DNA of 64,000 nucleotides from a virus, in IMG/VR virus record IMGVR_UViG_3300046782_000297, positions 3,178-67,177 of that record. One strand, given 5' to 3'. The notes under the pieces were generated by a model. It saw only the letters and a list, made by a program, of their open reading frames with translations. It made no database searches and was not told the DNA's origin. Position numbers and translations under genes: made by a program. Below are positions 17,537 through 28,495 of the stretch, one piece after another. The stretch's first letter is position 1. Each line of letters starts with the position of its first letter.

Positions 17537-19654
17537 TTACAAGTTCTTTTTGCTCTGCCTCTTTGGTGGTTCAGGTGGTTTGTGGCCGCTAAATGTTTGG
17601 GCCTGCACTCTGTCACCTTTATCCAAATCCAGTTCTCTATCCGATGAAATCATCTCCCCTTCAGGTGTCTGGTAGTGGTACATCGTCCGGCCATCCAGGG
17701 TCTTACTCTGAAACACATACTTGCTGCCAACCGGCACCTCAATATTTTGGTGTGCCTGGGTCTCACCCAGACTGGTTTGCCGCTCGCCAAAAATAGGTGT
17801 AGATGGCCTCCCAGTAGGCTTAATTACAGTGGGCTGTAGTGGCGGCTGCTCCCCTTCAATTGTGGTCGGAGGGGCTTCACCATGTACAGTCTCTCCATGC
17901 TTGATCTGGGTAACCGTCCCACCAGCCGTCTTAGTCTTGATCTTACTGAGTTTCTGGGGCGGCAGGGTTAACTCTCCAGTCGTGGGGTCTCGACGTTCAG
18001 TATCAGCAACCGCCTGGGTGGGTTCGCCGCCCATCCTCAACCTGTCCGCCTCCGATATCTTTGTAACGCTGGGACTTACTGGGGTTGGCGGCATTAGGAT
18101 TTCCCCTGTAATAGGGTCACGATTGGTGGTGTCCTGTTGCCCAGCCTGATTGGCTAGCCGCTCAGCATGTTGCCTTCTAACCTCATCACTGCTGATGCCC
18201 AGCTTATCCAACTCAGCAAGCTGCTGGGGGGTTAGCTGATCCCACGGTGTAGTACCCACATTCATTGTAGTAGGTGCATTAGCTGCCGTTCCAGCAATCC
18301 TGTTCTTTACCAAATTTGGCCGGATGGGCGCTGAGGTATTTTTCCAGGACTTCATGGCACTGGCTATGCCCTCGTTGATTGTGGGCGGACTGGTCACCTG
18401 AGTCATCCTCTTAAATCTCGGCACGGTCGCCTGAACCCTGGCAGCCTTCTCAGCCGTATCAATGGAGTCCTCGATTTTTATGAGACTGCCAATACGTTGG
18501 TTAATTCCCCTTAATTCCTCAGCCCCACCCAGACCCTGTTTATCCATTCCCTCCTGCATGATATTGCGGGCAGCCTGCTCAGTAGCCACGTTAATAGCGC
18601 CATTGGCATTCTCCACTTTGCTTAGTGCCTGACTGAGTTTGGCCTGATGGTAGGCCCTATTCTGTGAATTCAGGCTGGTTGACATATCCTCAAGCTGCCC
18701 AATATTAAGGTCAGTCGGGATACTCTTGTTAATGCTGTCAACAAGTTGCGTATATTCAGGCGAACCCGGTAGGATATCCTTGGGTATCGCGGCAACCTTA
18801 GCGTCTACCAGCATCCTCCTAGACCCAGGTATAGTAATGTGTGCTTGAGGGTCAATGATCGCCCGTCGAGTAGGCATTAGCTCCTGTTTGAACTGGGCCT
18901 GAGCGGCTTCCCTGGCGCTGTCAACATCCTTGACGGGCTTACCAATCTTACCCTCACCAGCCTTCAACTCATTCCCAGCAACCTTAATTCCAGCATCATC
19001 CAGGTCTGGCTTGAGTGATGCTCTCAGATGACCCTCAGGCTGGGTGAAGAACATAGGGCCATTCTGGGAATAGTTTAGAGCTTTTTTCCCAGTAGCCACG
19101 CCAGAACCTACTAATTCCTCAGCAGCCTTCCCAGCCAGCGTATAGCCAAGGGCTTTACCGGCACCCCTCATGGTTTCGCCATGAGCAACTTCCTGCAATA
19201 CATCTTTAACAGCAGGGCCTATGCCGGGGATCATGCCCATAGCATTGGACAAATTATCCAGATAGGTGTCCATATTGCTAAGTGGTTGATCTGATTGGGC
19301 TTGTGCCTTCATGCCCTCCCACCACGCTTTGGCATTCTCCACTGTAGGCTCTGCTAATAGACGTTTTGCAGCTAGTGCTATGAATGGGTACTTCTCCTCT
19401 CCTGGGTTCTTGACAGTAGTGGCCGCATTGTAGATATCAATAGGGCTGTGGGCTACAGCTTTGCCAGCCTCTACTGCACCTTGACCAAGGTTGGCCAGAG
19501 GACTGAGCAACATCCTGGTGCCCTTCTCTACTGGGGACATTTCTGTCCATGAGCCTGTAGCCCCAGGTGTTTTCGGAGCAGACTCTAGTTGGGAAGAGTC
19601 TATAGTTTTGCCCGCTGGTGCCTCTAAGTCGTTGGCCGATATGACTTTTGACAT
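17537..19654 (-). CDS. Large internal virion/ejection-type protein
   Basis: 705 aa, A/G-rich helical with a Pro-rich C-terminus and no Cys; typical position after the tail genes in podoviruses. Confidence 0.55.
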   Translation of the reverse strand: MSKVISANDLEAPAGKTIDSSQLESAPKTPGATGSWTEMSPVEKGTRMLLSPLANLGQGAVEAGKAVAHSPIDIYNAATTVKNPGEEKYPFIALAAKRLLAEPTVENAKAWWEGMKAQAQSDQPLSNMDTYLDNLSNAMGMIPGIGPAVKDVLQEVAHGETMRGAGKALGYTLAGKAAEELVGSGVATGKKALNYSQNGPMFFTQPEGHLRASLKPDLDDAGIKVAGNELKAGEGKIGKPVKDVDSAREAAQAQFKQELMPTRRAIIDPQAHITIPGSRRMLVDAKVAAIPKDILPGSPEYTQLVDSINKSIPTDLNIGQLEDMSTSLNSQNRAYHQAKLSQALSKVENANGAINVATEQAARNIMQEGMDKQGLGGAEELRGINQRIGSLIKIEDSIDTAEKAARVQATVPRFKRMTQVTSPPTINEGIASAMKSWKNTSAPIRPNLVKNRIAGTAANAPTTMNVGTTPWDQLTPQQLAELDKLGISSDEVRRQHAERLANQAGQQDTTNRDPITGEILMPPTPVSPSVTKISEADRLRMGGEPTQAVADTERRDPTTGELTLPPQKLSKIKTKTAGGTVTQIKHGETVHGEAPPTTIEGEQPPLQPTVIKPTGRPSTPIFGERQTSLGETQAHQNIEVPVGSKYVFQSKTLDGRTMYHYQTPEGEMISSDRELDLDKGDRVQAQTFSGHKPPEPPKRQSKKNL

Positions 19655-19669
19655 GATGTAAACTTTACA

Positions 19670-21892
19670 CTACTCAGGCTTCCACTTGCCTGTCTTTTTG
19701 TTCTGTCTGGCCTTGATGGGCTTGCCATCCACAACAATATCCTCAACCGGCCCATAGTCATCAGCATTAGGTGTTGACCCCCTCTGAGGAGGTGCCGCCA
19801 ATCCACCATGAGCAAGTCTGGTTTCCTCCTGAGCACGCTTGCGCCATTCAGCTTTCTCAGGTAGTACATCATCATTGATGCGGTTATCTTCTGAGGCCCT
19901 AGCCAGAGACTCGGCCATTGATGCCACTTTGTCATGGAAACTGGCCGCACTGATGACGTTGTTCTTACCGGGTATGGGGATAGTGTTCTGGATCTGCTCC
20001 ACACTGAACTTGTAAGCCCCACCCTTAGTGATGGTTCTCATGCCGGATGCAGCTTCATAGACAGCCAGCATTCTGGTTAACATCTCATTCTCAGGCTTGG
20101 ACAGATTCGAGGTGGCCTGCTCAATAGGGGCAAGCTCGGACTGCGTAAGTTTGTTGGTAATCCCCGTGTAGTTCTTGATGAGAGTCCACAGGCCCCCGGT
20201 ACTGGCGTGGCCACCAAACCCACCCATAGAGGCCCCAATATCCTCAGGGGTAATCCCAGCCCTTTCAGTGCCCTCCACAATCTGCCGGAATGCCTCACCG
20301 ATCTTATCCCGACTATCCTTGCTATCCATCAGGTATGCATAGTCTGCCAGACCCTTGAAATCCGGGTTTTTCGGATCTCCAAACAATTCCACGCTCAGGT
20401 CTCTGAGTGGCATAGCAAAGGCAGTCTGCCTCTTAACCTCCTGTTCAGGCAGCGCCCCATGAATAACCCTACCTGCTGAATTGGGTGCCCAGCCTTTAGG
20501 GGCCGCTGGGGCAGTCTGTGATTGCCGGACAGGAGGTGCCGGTGGCGCTGCTCCCCCTGTAACTGGGGGGGTAGTAGCTCCTGCCGCTGGAGGTGTAGCC
20601 GCAGCTTCTGGTGTAGCTGCCGGTGCTGCCCCTGTAACTGGCGGGGTTACTGGGGGAGTCACTGGCCCAGCCGGGGCTGAGGACGTAGGCCCAGCAGTCC
20701 CAGGAGGGACTACACCGGCAGGCTTACGTGTAGAGTAGGCTGGGACCATAACGGTATTCCCCTGGTTATCCACCATAGGAACCTCCCTGGCCGTCTCAAA
20801 ACCCAGACCTTGAGGAGGAGTCAGACCCAAATCCTTCTCGATCTTGATGGGGTAGTGACCCTTTCTGTCTCTCTGATACTGAATCCAATGATGATCCTGA
20901 TTAACTGCCCACTGGGCAATCCCACCATAGTCCGGTGTCTCCTTAGTGATGACTACACCAGCAGGACCAGTCCCAGTATCCCTAATGTTGTAGAAAGCAT
21001 TCTTGTCGATGGGTTCATTGCTGGCATCTACGGCAGGGATACCATTAGCATTGGCAAGGCTGATGACAGCCTCACCACCCTGGGCAGTCGGGAAGTTAAA
21101 GGGCTTAGTGGCGATACTGCCGGAACCCTGCATGTATTGGGCTAACTGTACGCCCTTCAGTCCAAGTTCCTCACCTTCTTTACGGCGGGTTTTTCTACGT
21201 TTCTCATCAAGTTGAGTCTCATAATCAAGCTGCTCCTCCCGCTGTTTCTTGGCAATCAGAGCAGCCTTGTCCGCTTGAGCATTCTGAGTAGCAATAGTGG
21301 TGGCCTGAGTCTGCCTCCCTGGACTACCAGCCGCTATGAGCGAAGCCGTACTTCTGGCCGGTGGGGGAGTCGGCCCAGCGGCTGCCGGTGCAACCTGAGG
21401 CTGAGAGGTCTTAGCCGGGGGCACAGGTAGTGTAGGTGGCTGTGTGCTACTACCACCTATTGGGGTCTGTTCGGACATCGGGCCAACCCCAGGAGTAGGG
21501 GGTGTAGCTGCTGGGGGTTGTCCAGGAACCAATGATCCACCTTGACCACCAGAAAGAGCGTCAGTAGTCTGCTGGCCAGCCCTCTGGGCCATAGCTGGAT
21601 TACTACCCCCGGCAGACCCATGGATCTTGCTGAATATGTCCTGGGCCTTAGTGATAATGTCCTTAGCCGGTTTGTTGTGGCTGTGGAGCTTGCTAATACG
21701 TTCCCAGGCGTCATTCATCTCGGCTGGACTGAGACGGGGCTGTCCGTTCTCATCCACTGCCTGAATGGAGTTGATAAGGGCTGAGGTCTGGGTGTCCCTC
21801 ATCTCCTTATCCATCTGTTGGGATTGCTCAATACGCTCTTTAAGCCGCTCCCCAGTGGTATCTAAAATTGTAGAGAGAAGTCCGCTAGGCAT
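19670..21892 (-). CDS. Large internal virion/ejection-type protein with Pro/Ala/Thr linkers
   Basis: 740 aa with low-complexity PAAT/PPVT tracts and no Cys; podoviral position. Confidence 0.55.
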   Translation of the reverse strand: MPSGLLSTILDTTGERLKERIEQSQQMDKEMRDTQTSALINSIQAVDENGQPRLSPAEMNDAWERISKLHSHNKPAKDIITKAQDIFSKIHGSAGGSNPAMAQRAGQQTTDALSGGQGGSLVPGQPPAATPPTPGVGPMSEQTPIGGSSTQPPTLPVPPAKTSQPQVAPAAAGPTPPPARSTASLIAAGSPGRQTQATTIATQNAQADKAALIAKKQREEQLDYETQLDEKRRKTRRKEGEELGLKGVQLAQYMQGSGSIATKPFNFPTAQGGEAVISLANANGIPAVDASNEPIDKNAFYNIRDTGTGPAGVVITKETPDYGGIAQWAVNQDHHWIQYQRDRKGHYPIKIEKDLGLTPPQGLGFETAREVPMVDNQGNTVMVPAYSTRKPAGVVPPGTAGPTSSAPAGPVTPPVTPPVTGAAPAATPEAAATPPAAGATTPPVTGGAAPPAPPVRQSQTAPAAPKGWAPNSAGRVIHGALPEQEVKRQTAFAMPLRDLSVELFGDPKNPDFKGLADYAYLMDSKDSRDKIGEAFRQIVEGTERAGITPEDIGASMGGFGGHASTGGLWTLIKNYTGITNKLTQSELAPIEQATSNLSKPENEMLTRMLAVYEAASGMRTITKGGAYKFSVEQIQNTIPIPGKNNVISAASFHDKVASMAESLARASEDNRINDDVLPEKAEWRKRAQEETRLAHGGLAAPPQRGSTPNADDYGPVEDIVVDGKPIKARQNKKTGKWKPE

Positions 21893-21899
21893 GTAAAGT

Positions 21900-22211
21900 T
21901 TACACTCTCTTTCTAGCTGTTTTCTTACCGGCAGTCTTCTTGCTGGCCGTCTTCTTGGGCACTACCTTTTCACCCTTATGCAGCTTAATGTAGCCAGTCT
22001 TCTTGACAGTCCCACCAGTTTTAGCCTGAGCCTCACCGCTACTCATCTGGCCAAGGTCACCGGCACCCTTATCCCCAATCTGGCGCTTCATCATGGCTGA
22101 CTTAATAGCACCGGCAACAGTCTGGCCCTGAGACCCGCTGCTGCTGCCATCAGTGTCCAGAGCGGTCTTGGCCATCCCACCAATTGACTTAACAAGTCCA
22201 GTGAATCCCAT
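21900..22211 (-). CDS. Small Gly/Lys-rich protein with histone-H1-like tail
   Basis: GGTVKKTG...LHKGEKVVP then KKTASKKTAGKKTARKRV. Confidence 0.6.
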   Translation of the reverse strand: MGFTGLVKSIGGMAKTALDTDGSSSGSQGQTVAGAIKSAMMKRQIGDKGAGDLGQMSSGEAQAKTGGTVKKTGYIKLHKGEKVVPKKTASKKTAGKKTARKRV

Positions 22212-22212
22212 A

Positions 22213-22809
22213 TTAGAACCCCAAGCCTCCCAGGAAGTTAGACCATTGCTGTCTCACCTCAGCATTGGCCTTCATTGAAATTGGCCGGGACTGAATGGAG
22301 GAGTTGATAATCTCATTGGCCACATCCTCAGACAGACCCAGAGCGGTCAACGCATTCTTCATCTGACTCTGGCCCACATTGGCCTCAGCCGTACCAGCCT
22401 GCATAGAGCCAGTAGCCGCAGCCGGTAGCTGTCCAGCAAGTATGTCACTCTCCTTGCCAATCTTGTTAAACTCCAATTGCTGGTTTCCAGCCCCAGTACC
22501 CCCACCTCTACTGGTGCCCATCTCAGCTTCCTGGGCTTTAGCCGCATCAGCTTGAGACTCTACAGCACTTAGGGCAGGCTGGGCTGCGTGCATAGCCGAG
22601 GGACCCCCGGCCATAATCTGCTTGAAGTACTGTTGAGCGGCCTGCAATCCCCCAACCCCAGCTTGAGTAGTGGCAGTACCCTGAGCAGTCTGGTTCTCTG
22701 ATAGAGGCAGGCTACGGTTGTAGACGTTCCAGTCCGCATTAACCCCAGCTAACTGGTTACCCCTGTCGGTCTTAGCCGAACTGTTTCCAATCCCAAGGAA
22801 GCCGCCCAT
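22213..22809 (-). CDS. Small ejection/pilot-like protein
   Basis: MGGFLGIG start, A/G/Q-rich, amphipathic Gly-rich C-terminus. Confidence 0.5.
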   Translation of the reverse strand: MGGFLGIGNSSAKTDRGNQLAGVNADWNVYNRSLPLSENQTAQGTATTQAGVGGLQAAQQYFKQIMAGGPSAMHAAQPALSAVESQADAAKAQEAEMGTSRGGGTGAGNQQLEFNKIGKESDILAGQLPAAATGSMQAGTAEANVGQSQMKNALTALGLSEDVANEIINSSIQSRPISMKANAEVRQQWSNFLGGLGF

Positions 22810-22994
22810 TAGGCCTTCTTTCTTTGTGATACTTTTTTGGCATTGGCCGCGAAGATGGCACGTTTGGCTGCTAGACCCCCGGCCTTCTTGCCAGCCGCAA
22901 TCTTCTTGGGGGTGGCCTTACCAAAAGCCCCAGTCGTGCCCTTCTCTTCCATTTTCTCCGCAGCGTGTTCCATCCATTTTGGATCATCACCCAT
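22809..22994 (-). CDS. Small Lys/Ala-rich basic protein
   Basis: GGAGG RBS; ATPKKIAAGKKAGGLAAKRAIFAANAKKVSQRKKA. Confidence 0.6.
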   Translation of the reverse strand: MGDDPKWMEHAAEKMEEKGTTGAFGKATPKKIAAGKKAGGLAAKRAIFAANAKKVSQRKKA

Positions 22995-23023
22995 AAGCGC
23001 CACCTCCAAATGTAAACTTTACA

Positions 23024-23386
23024 CTATGACCGGATGTAAACTGGGCTACTAACCAGCTTCATGCCCAGACTCTCACATAGCTTGGCCGCATGTGGGCTAT
23101 CGGCTATGCACATGATTCTATTGGTGTTGGTAGAGTCCAGAAAATCATTCATCTCTCCCGCCAAGTCAGCCGCTAGCCCAGTGCCTTCCATATCTGGCCT
23201 GACCCAGAGAGGTTCTGGATGGGCTACCACCTGAAGGGCATGGAACCCAGCCACGCCCTTATCATCCATCATGACTATGGCCACTGAGCTTATGGGTAAA
23301 GGTGACCATCCCTTTTCTTCGAAGATTGGGGAAAGTATCTTTAAATCGTCGCCCGTCAAGAATACAGTTTGCATAGTATGTTCCAC
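23024..23386 (-). CDS. GNAT-fold acetyltransferase-like protein
   Basis: LWVRPDMEGTGLAADL (motif A-like) and LCESLGMK; such genes often precede ejection genes. Confidence 0.6.
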   Translation of the reverse strand: MEHTMQTVFLTGDDLKILSPIFEEKGWSPLPISSVAIVMMDDKGVAGFHALQVVAHPEPLWVRPDMEGTGLAADLAGEMNDFLDSTNTNRIMCIADSPHAAKLCESLGMKLVSSPVYIRS

Positions 23387-23794
23387 TTATGCGACTAGAC
23401 CACAGGCATAAATCCCATCGCCATCCTGGTCTGTATCGACGGCAAGAGAATTCGGGTTGAGTTTGCTGCTGCCCAGGTAGTGCTTGAGGGATACCGGGGC
23501 ATTTCCTTTGGGAATGTAGATGACAATAGAGCTTGTGGCGTTCTTGCTGCCGGTAGCTCCATTAATGTCATAGATTACGATAAAGACACCCCCCTGATTG
23601 TTGGTCTTGGGGCTGATGATGATGTCCTCAAAGCTAATAGCATACTCTGGCACAGAGCCACCCTGGGTTGTAGGGGTCTCTGGATTATAGTCCGGACTCC
23701 AGTTGATGCTGAGCGGGATTGCTGTTCCAGCAGCAGCAACTATTATCTCCCCAGTCGGGCAAAGCGGTCCACGGATGTTTGGTCTAAATGCCAT
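23387..23794 (-). CDS. Beta-rich virion accessory protein
   Basis: 135 aa beta-strand-rich ORF in the virion block. Confidence 0.4.
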   Translation of the reverse strand: MAFRPNIRGPLCPTGEIIVAAAGTAIPLSINWSPDYNPETPTTQGGSVPEYAISFEDIIISPKTNNQGGVFIVIYDINGATGSKNATSSIVIYIPKGNAPVSLKHYLGSSKLNPNSLAVDTDQDGDGIYACGLVA

Positions 23795-23806
23795 ATAGGT
23801 CTCCTT

Positions 23807-26659
23807 CTAGTGTCTACCCCTTAAAGCTCCTGCCCCTATTCCGACAGCCCCAGGGTTTGATATACTGAATGCTGTACTTGTAGTCCCTGTCACCCCTGAG
23901 GCATTAGCATCAAGACTGCACGAGCCAGTCAGGGAACCAGAGAGCATACTCATATTTGTGGTTGTGAATAACCCAGCCACAGCAGCACCGGATGTAGTCC
24001 CGCTCAGTGTCATCCCTATGCAGGTTCCTGCATGGTTGGTTAGGGTTATCACTCTGGTATCTGTGCAGGTGACGCCCCCACCATCTTTTACCGCCACAGT
24101 GACAGTCCCAAGACTGCCCCCAACTACGGCACTTCCAGGCTGGGCTGTAAATGCCAAATGGTCAGGAGTACATGGGGTTGATATTGTGAATGTGTTACTG
24201 ACTCCAGCCGTTAAAGCTGCATCCGTAGCCGTGATTGATCCACTGCCCGTAGTAGTCGTGACGCTTAAGTCCGTAAAAGTAGCAATTCCGGCTACGGCTG
24301 CTTTGGTCAGAGTACCGGCAAGAGTCCCCCAAGTTGCCCCAGCAGTCTTAGCCACCGTGACGTTACTGGTGTCAGTATTACAAAGGACTCCACCAGCATT
24401 GTAGACACCCACTGTGACTGTGTTCAGTGTGGCATTTAACCCTGCGTTTTGAGGCTGGCTAATAAATACCAGATGGTCGGGTGTGCAGCTTCCAGCATTG
24501 GCCTCATAGTACCCAATGCTTGGAAATGCAGTGGAGTAAGTCCAGGGGGTGTTAGGTCCGTTGAACCCCGTCAGCGCCTTACCCACATTAGCCGCTGGAC
24601 TTGTGTTTAAGATGACCATGCTGGTAACATCAGAGCCACCGCTACAACCACCGGCCCCATTCTGAAAACATGGGTTAGTGGTCTTACCGATGCTGTTAAG
24701 GTCCTGACCAATGACGTTCTGGAATGTTCCAGCCGTGCCAGCTGGCCCCAATGCAAAGAAACTCAGAGTGGTTGGAGATGTAGTGCTATCCGTTAAGTCC
24801 CACTGCTTGCCAACATTATTCCCGTTGTTGACCTGATAGAAGAGGTTATTATCCCCAGTGTATCCAACAATTGAAGCCACTGTTATCGTTAGATCATTCA
24901 TAGGGGACAAGCCACCTGTGAATACCGTCCCAGGAATAACAAGCGTATCGTTCACCGCACAGCGCCCACCCAAATATCCAGGGTCCCTGATTGTGATATC
25001 TGTAAAGGCATTGGCAGCTACAACTACATCAAAGGAAACTTGGTAGATGCCCCCAGAGGCTTTGACACATGAGTTAGTCCCACTTGTTGGCTTCTTGGCA
25101 ATATAGGTTCCGGCAGTGACCCCGGACCCTGATCCAGTGAACGTCACAGAGTTTAGTAGCCCGCTCTGACCATTCACCATGATATTCCCATCAAGAGTCT
25201 TAATGATGTTGTTATAGGACTGGGTGTAACCACCCATGATATAGTAGCCGTCCCAGTTCACACTCCCACTAGTATTTGTATTGATTGACTCATGAAAGAT
25301 TCGATAGGGATAGAGGGTCTGCATCTTGAACATTGCCTCACCACCAGCCCCAGCAAAGTCCGTGTAACAATCATTGCGGAAGATCCAGATGGGGCCATAA
25401 GCTATTGAGGTGCTGTTCGTGTTAAAGGCATGGCAGGTGTTGCCAAAAGCACTAGGCTGCCCATTAGTCCCACATTGAGGTGCAGTGGCAGTATTACAGA
25501 CTGGCACCAGGGCCTGAGTCACCTTAATGTGGTTATTCCAACTCTTGGTATTAATATTCCATCCCTTGCTTTCATTCCCGTCATCCTTGTATCCGTTCGT
25601 CGTGTTGTCATGAATGTCGTTATTCTCTGTCTGGCAGTCATCGCTATCCGCCGTGATGGCATCCCGGAAAGATCCGGTGACAACATTAAATGCAAATACA
25701 TTATGGGAATTATTGCAGAATGCAATTCCAGCCGCTGGGGAATCGTATATGGGATTCTGATTACAGAGGCTTAATCCGTTAGCCGCTGCAACTACATTAT
25801 TCAATACATAGATTTTGGATGCTCCCCCAGTCAAGAAAATGCCGGTGTTGTTATACCCAGTGGGTGTTCCAGTGCCGGGACAGTCGGCAGCGACTGTGCT
25901 AGCGGAGACAGACTGTAGGGCATTGCCCTTAAGGATAATGTCATGAGCCGCAGCACCAATGACAATTCCAGACTTATTCGACTGAGGAAGGACCAACTGT
26001 CTGACAATCGTATAACTGCCTGTGATAGAAATATCGGCAGCAGTTCCCCCTGTCAATAGAGTCCCCCCAGCCGGGTCACCCTCAACCACAACATATGATC
26101 CAGCAGACCCATTAGCGGTAATCGTGAAGGCTGTAGTTTGGACTTGGTTGTAGGTTCCGGCATTGATATGCAGGAAATTATTAGTCCCATTATTAATGTT
26201 GGTGATGCAGGAATTGAGTGTTGTCAGATTCGTTGCGGTGCAGACACTAGCCCCCTCAACTGGGGCTGTGTTATATGTTGAAGTATTATCCACCTCGACC
26301 GGGTTAGATCCACTCACGCCGTCTGCATCACTAAAGGTGATACGTACATCGAAACTAGTGGCAATGGGAAGACCAACAACCACTGTGCGGGCTTCATTGA
26401 CATTGACGTTGGCAATTCCAGTCAGGAACTTCCGATGGTCAATGAACGGGGCATAAGCTGTAAGCCAAGTCATGGAGCTAGACGCCTTGTACTCGACTAC
26501 GGCGGAGTTGTTGGCATTGTCATCCCCAGTAAACTTAGCTCGAATTGACAAAGTTGTGTCTGTCACATTCACAGTCATAACGCCAGTGGTTGTGGCGTTA
26601 GTGGCAGCAAAAGCTGAGGAGGCAAAAAGTGTAAATATTACAAGTAGGAGCTTCTTCAC
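23807..26659 (-). CDS. Signal-peptide protein: FnIII/Ig-like domain, right-handed beta-helix and two Ig-like repeats (adhesin/depolymerase-like)
   Basis: MKKLLLVIFTLFASSAFA signal; HINAGTY lyase-like start; repeated CTPDHL.F..QP...GxATFT units; many paired Cys. Confidence 0.7.
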   Translation of the reverse strand: MKKLLLVIFTLFASSAFAATNATTTGVMTVNVTDTTLSIRAKFTGDDNANNSAVVEYKASSSMTWLTAYAPFIDHRKFLTGIANVNVNEARTVVVGLPIATSFDVRITFSDADGVSGSNPVEVDNTSTYNTAPVEGASVCTATNLTTLNSCITNINNGTNNFLHINAGTYNQVQTTAFTITANGSAGSYVVVEGDPAGGTLLTGGTAADISITGSYTIVRQLVLPQSNKSGIVIGAAAHDIILKGNALQSVSASTVAADCPGTGTPTGYNNTGIFLTGGASKIYVLNNVVAAANGLSLCNQNPIYDSPAAGIAFCNNSHNVFAFNVVTGSFRDAITADSDDCQTENNDIHDNTTNGYKDDGNESKGWNINTKSWNNHIKVTQALVPVCNTATAPQCGTNGQPSAFGNTCHAFNTNSTSIAYGPIWIFRNDCYTDFAGAGGEAMFKMQTLYPYRIFHESINTNTSGSVNWDGYYIMGGYTQSYNNIIKTLDGNIMVNGQSGLLNSVTFTGSGSGVTAGTYIAKKPTSGTNSCVKASGGIYQVSFDVVVAANAFTDITIRDPGYLGGRCAVNDTLVIPGTVFTGGLSPMNDLTITVASIVGYTGDNNLFYQVNNGNNVGKQWDLTDSTTSPTTLSFFALGPAGTAGTFQNVIGQDLNSIGKTTNPCFQNGAGGCSGGSDVTSMVILNTSPAANVGKALTGFNGPNTPWTYSTAFPSIGYYEANAGSCTPDHLVFISQPQNAGLNATLNTVTVGVYNAGGVLCNTDTSNVTVAKTAGATWGTLAGTLTKAAVAGIATFTDLSVTTTTGSGSITATDAALTAGVSNTFTISTPCTPDHLAFTAQPGSAVVGGSLGTVTVAVKDGGGVTCTDTRVITLTNHAGTCIGMTLSGTTSGAAVAGLFTTTNMSMLSGSLTGSCSLDANASGVTGTTSTAFSISNPGAVGIGAGALRGRH

Positions 26660-27393
26660 TTACCTACACCCATAGATGTTAACCTGCCAACACGCACTGA
26701 ACCCCCGGCAGCTACCGCTGGAACATGAAAACCGCTAGCCCCCCAGATGCCGCTGGAGGCTGTCCAATTGTGGGCGTTCGTTCCAGAACCGCCGATAATG
26801 TAGCTCCCGGCACCTAGAACAACGGTGTTGTCGGTATACACAGCCGTTCCTGTACTTAAAGTAAATGAGTGAACCCCTTGGATAAATGCGAGCGTTGCTC
26901 CGGTAGCATCAGCCCCACTGACCGTTAGAGTTGGATTCGTACTGGTTGTTGGCCCCGTAGTTACCACGTTATCAATCAGGGAGCAAGATGCTGCACCCTG
27001 GAATGCAATAACAGACAAAGCAACCGGGCGTGAGGTATTCCATGTTGAATGAAGAGTCAAAGTGGTCCCATTGGTTGGGGAGTCCCGGCAGAATTCCAGT
27101 AGAGAGAAGTTGCCAGCCGAGTTAATAGTGCTGCTGGGAATCAATGTCATCGCTTGGGCTGTGCCACCATTATCCCAAGTGAGGGCAATAGGGTTGCTGA
27201 TGGTATTCTGCGAAGCAAGACCTGCAAGAAGGATACAGTTTGATGTGCAGGACGAAAGCGTATACGTCCGATCCACAGACACACCTGGATTGACAGTGAT
27301 AAAAGACCCTGCCGTATTGTTAGCCACTGCCGCTAATAGGACCTGACCAAGTAGAAGCCCTATCAGAACTGCTCTGTATACCCGATGCCTCAT
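26656..27393 (-). CDS. Signal-peptide beta-sandwich protein
   Basis: MRHRVYRAVLIGLLLGQVLLA signal-like N-terminus; SCTSNC; T/S/G-rich. Confidence 0.55.
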   Translation of the reverse strand: MRHRVYRAVLIGLLLGQVLLAAVANNTAGSFITVNPGVSVDRTYTLSSCTSNCILLAGLASQNTISNPIALTWDNGGTAQAMTLIPSSTINSAGNFSLLEFCRDSPTNGTTLTLHSTWNTSRPVALSVIAFQGAASCSLIDNVVTTGPTTSTNPTLTVSGADATGATLAFIQGVHSFTLSTGTAVYTDNTVVLGAGSYIIGGSGTNAHNWTASSGIWGASGFHVPAVAAGGSVRVGRLTSMGVGK

Positions 27394-28371
27394 TTAGTTC
27401 TTCCTTATCAGGTTAATCCCACACCATGTCCCAGCCTGAGTTGCCCCACCCGGCACAGTCGTGCAGGCCCATGACAATGCAGTAGAGAAGGGGATGCCAA
27501 TAGGGGTGCCAAAGGGTATTGGGTTATTGCCGCCTCCAGTAGGGGCTGTACCTCCAGGTACTTTGAAGGACATCAGGACCGGGGTGCTCCCAAGGGTCAC
27601 ATTAGCTGAAAGTGAATTGAATAGGGAGACATACACGTCACCCGTATTAGCCCCAGAGTCCACCGCAAGCCCATATATCTGTCCAGCCGCATTGGATATC
27701 TGGGTAACCGCAGAACCTGTAGCCATGTAGGTGGTCACACCGCTACCAGTGGCAGTGGCTGAAGAGAGCACCGCCACTATGTCTGTAGTGTTGACAGGAA
27801 CCCAGTTAGCCCCATTCCAGTTGAATAAGAGGGCGGCTGTTGGCAGCGCCGTCCCAGTGCCAGGGATGGTTGAGGCTCCCGCGCTAACAGGGGCCGGACT
27901 GATAATGGATGCCTGAATGGTAGATGCCTTGAAACCCAGATAAGATATAGTAACCGTCCCAGATCCCGTTATGGGTGTGGACTCAAATAGCCTAAAGTAG
28001 GGGGCATTGCAAGTGGTTAGTGTGATAGCCCCGGCACTTGAGGTAACTGTCTGAGCACCGATGCAGTCAGAGGGTGAGGAAAAATCTCTAGTCCCAGACT
28101 GTTGTAGTTTTATGGCCCCAGCACTCACTGTGCCCACAACAGCAACCACGATGGTGTGAAGATAGACTCCAGCCGTGTTGCCCTGTGTGGCGTCAATAAT
28201 AGGTCCAGTTGTGGAGGCAGAACACCCTGGCGAACAGCTTGTGGATGTAAAGTTTACAACCTGACCGGCAGGAGAGTTTACAGCATTCTGCTGGGCATGC
28301 ACCCCTTTGGGCGGTATTTCCGCCAGAAGCGCAACAATCACCAGCACCACTAATAGGGCTAATCTCTTCAT
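27394..28371 (-). CDS. Signal-peptide beta-rich virion-accessory-like protein
   Basis: GAGG RBS then MKRLALLVVLVIVALLAEIPPKGVHA-QQ; Cys pairs such as SCSPGCS and WACTT...WCG. Confidence 0.6.
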   Translation of the reverse strand: MKRLALLVVLVIVALLAEIPPKGVHAQQNAVNSPAGQVVNFTSTSCSPGCSASTTGPIIDATQGNTAGVYLHTIVVAVVGTVSAGAIKLQQSGTRDFSSPSDCIGAQTVTSSAGAITLTTCNAPYFRLFESTPITGSGTVTISYLGFKASTIQASIISPAPVSAGASTIPGTGTALPTAALLFNWNGANWVPVNTTDIVAVLSSATATGSGVTTYMATGSAVTQISNAAGQIYGLAVDSGANTGDVYVSLFNSLSANVTLGSTPVLMSFKVPGGTAPTGGGNNPIPFGTPIGIPFSTALSWACTTVPGGATQAGTWCGINLIRKN

Positions 28372-28495
28372 AGTTACCTCATTCGGCTGTATTGAAATCC
28401 TGCCCACTATGCCTATAGGTTGGCAAGACCTTTAAGTTACTAATTCTAAACCAGTTAAGTCAAACTCCAGCATGCAAAAGTGTAAACTTTACACC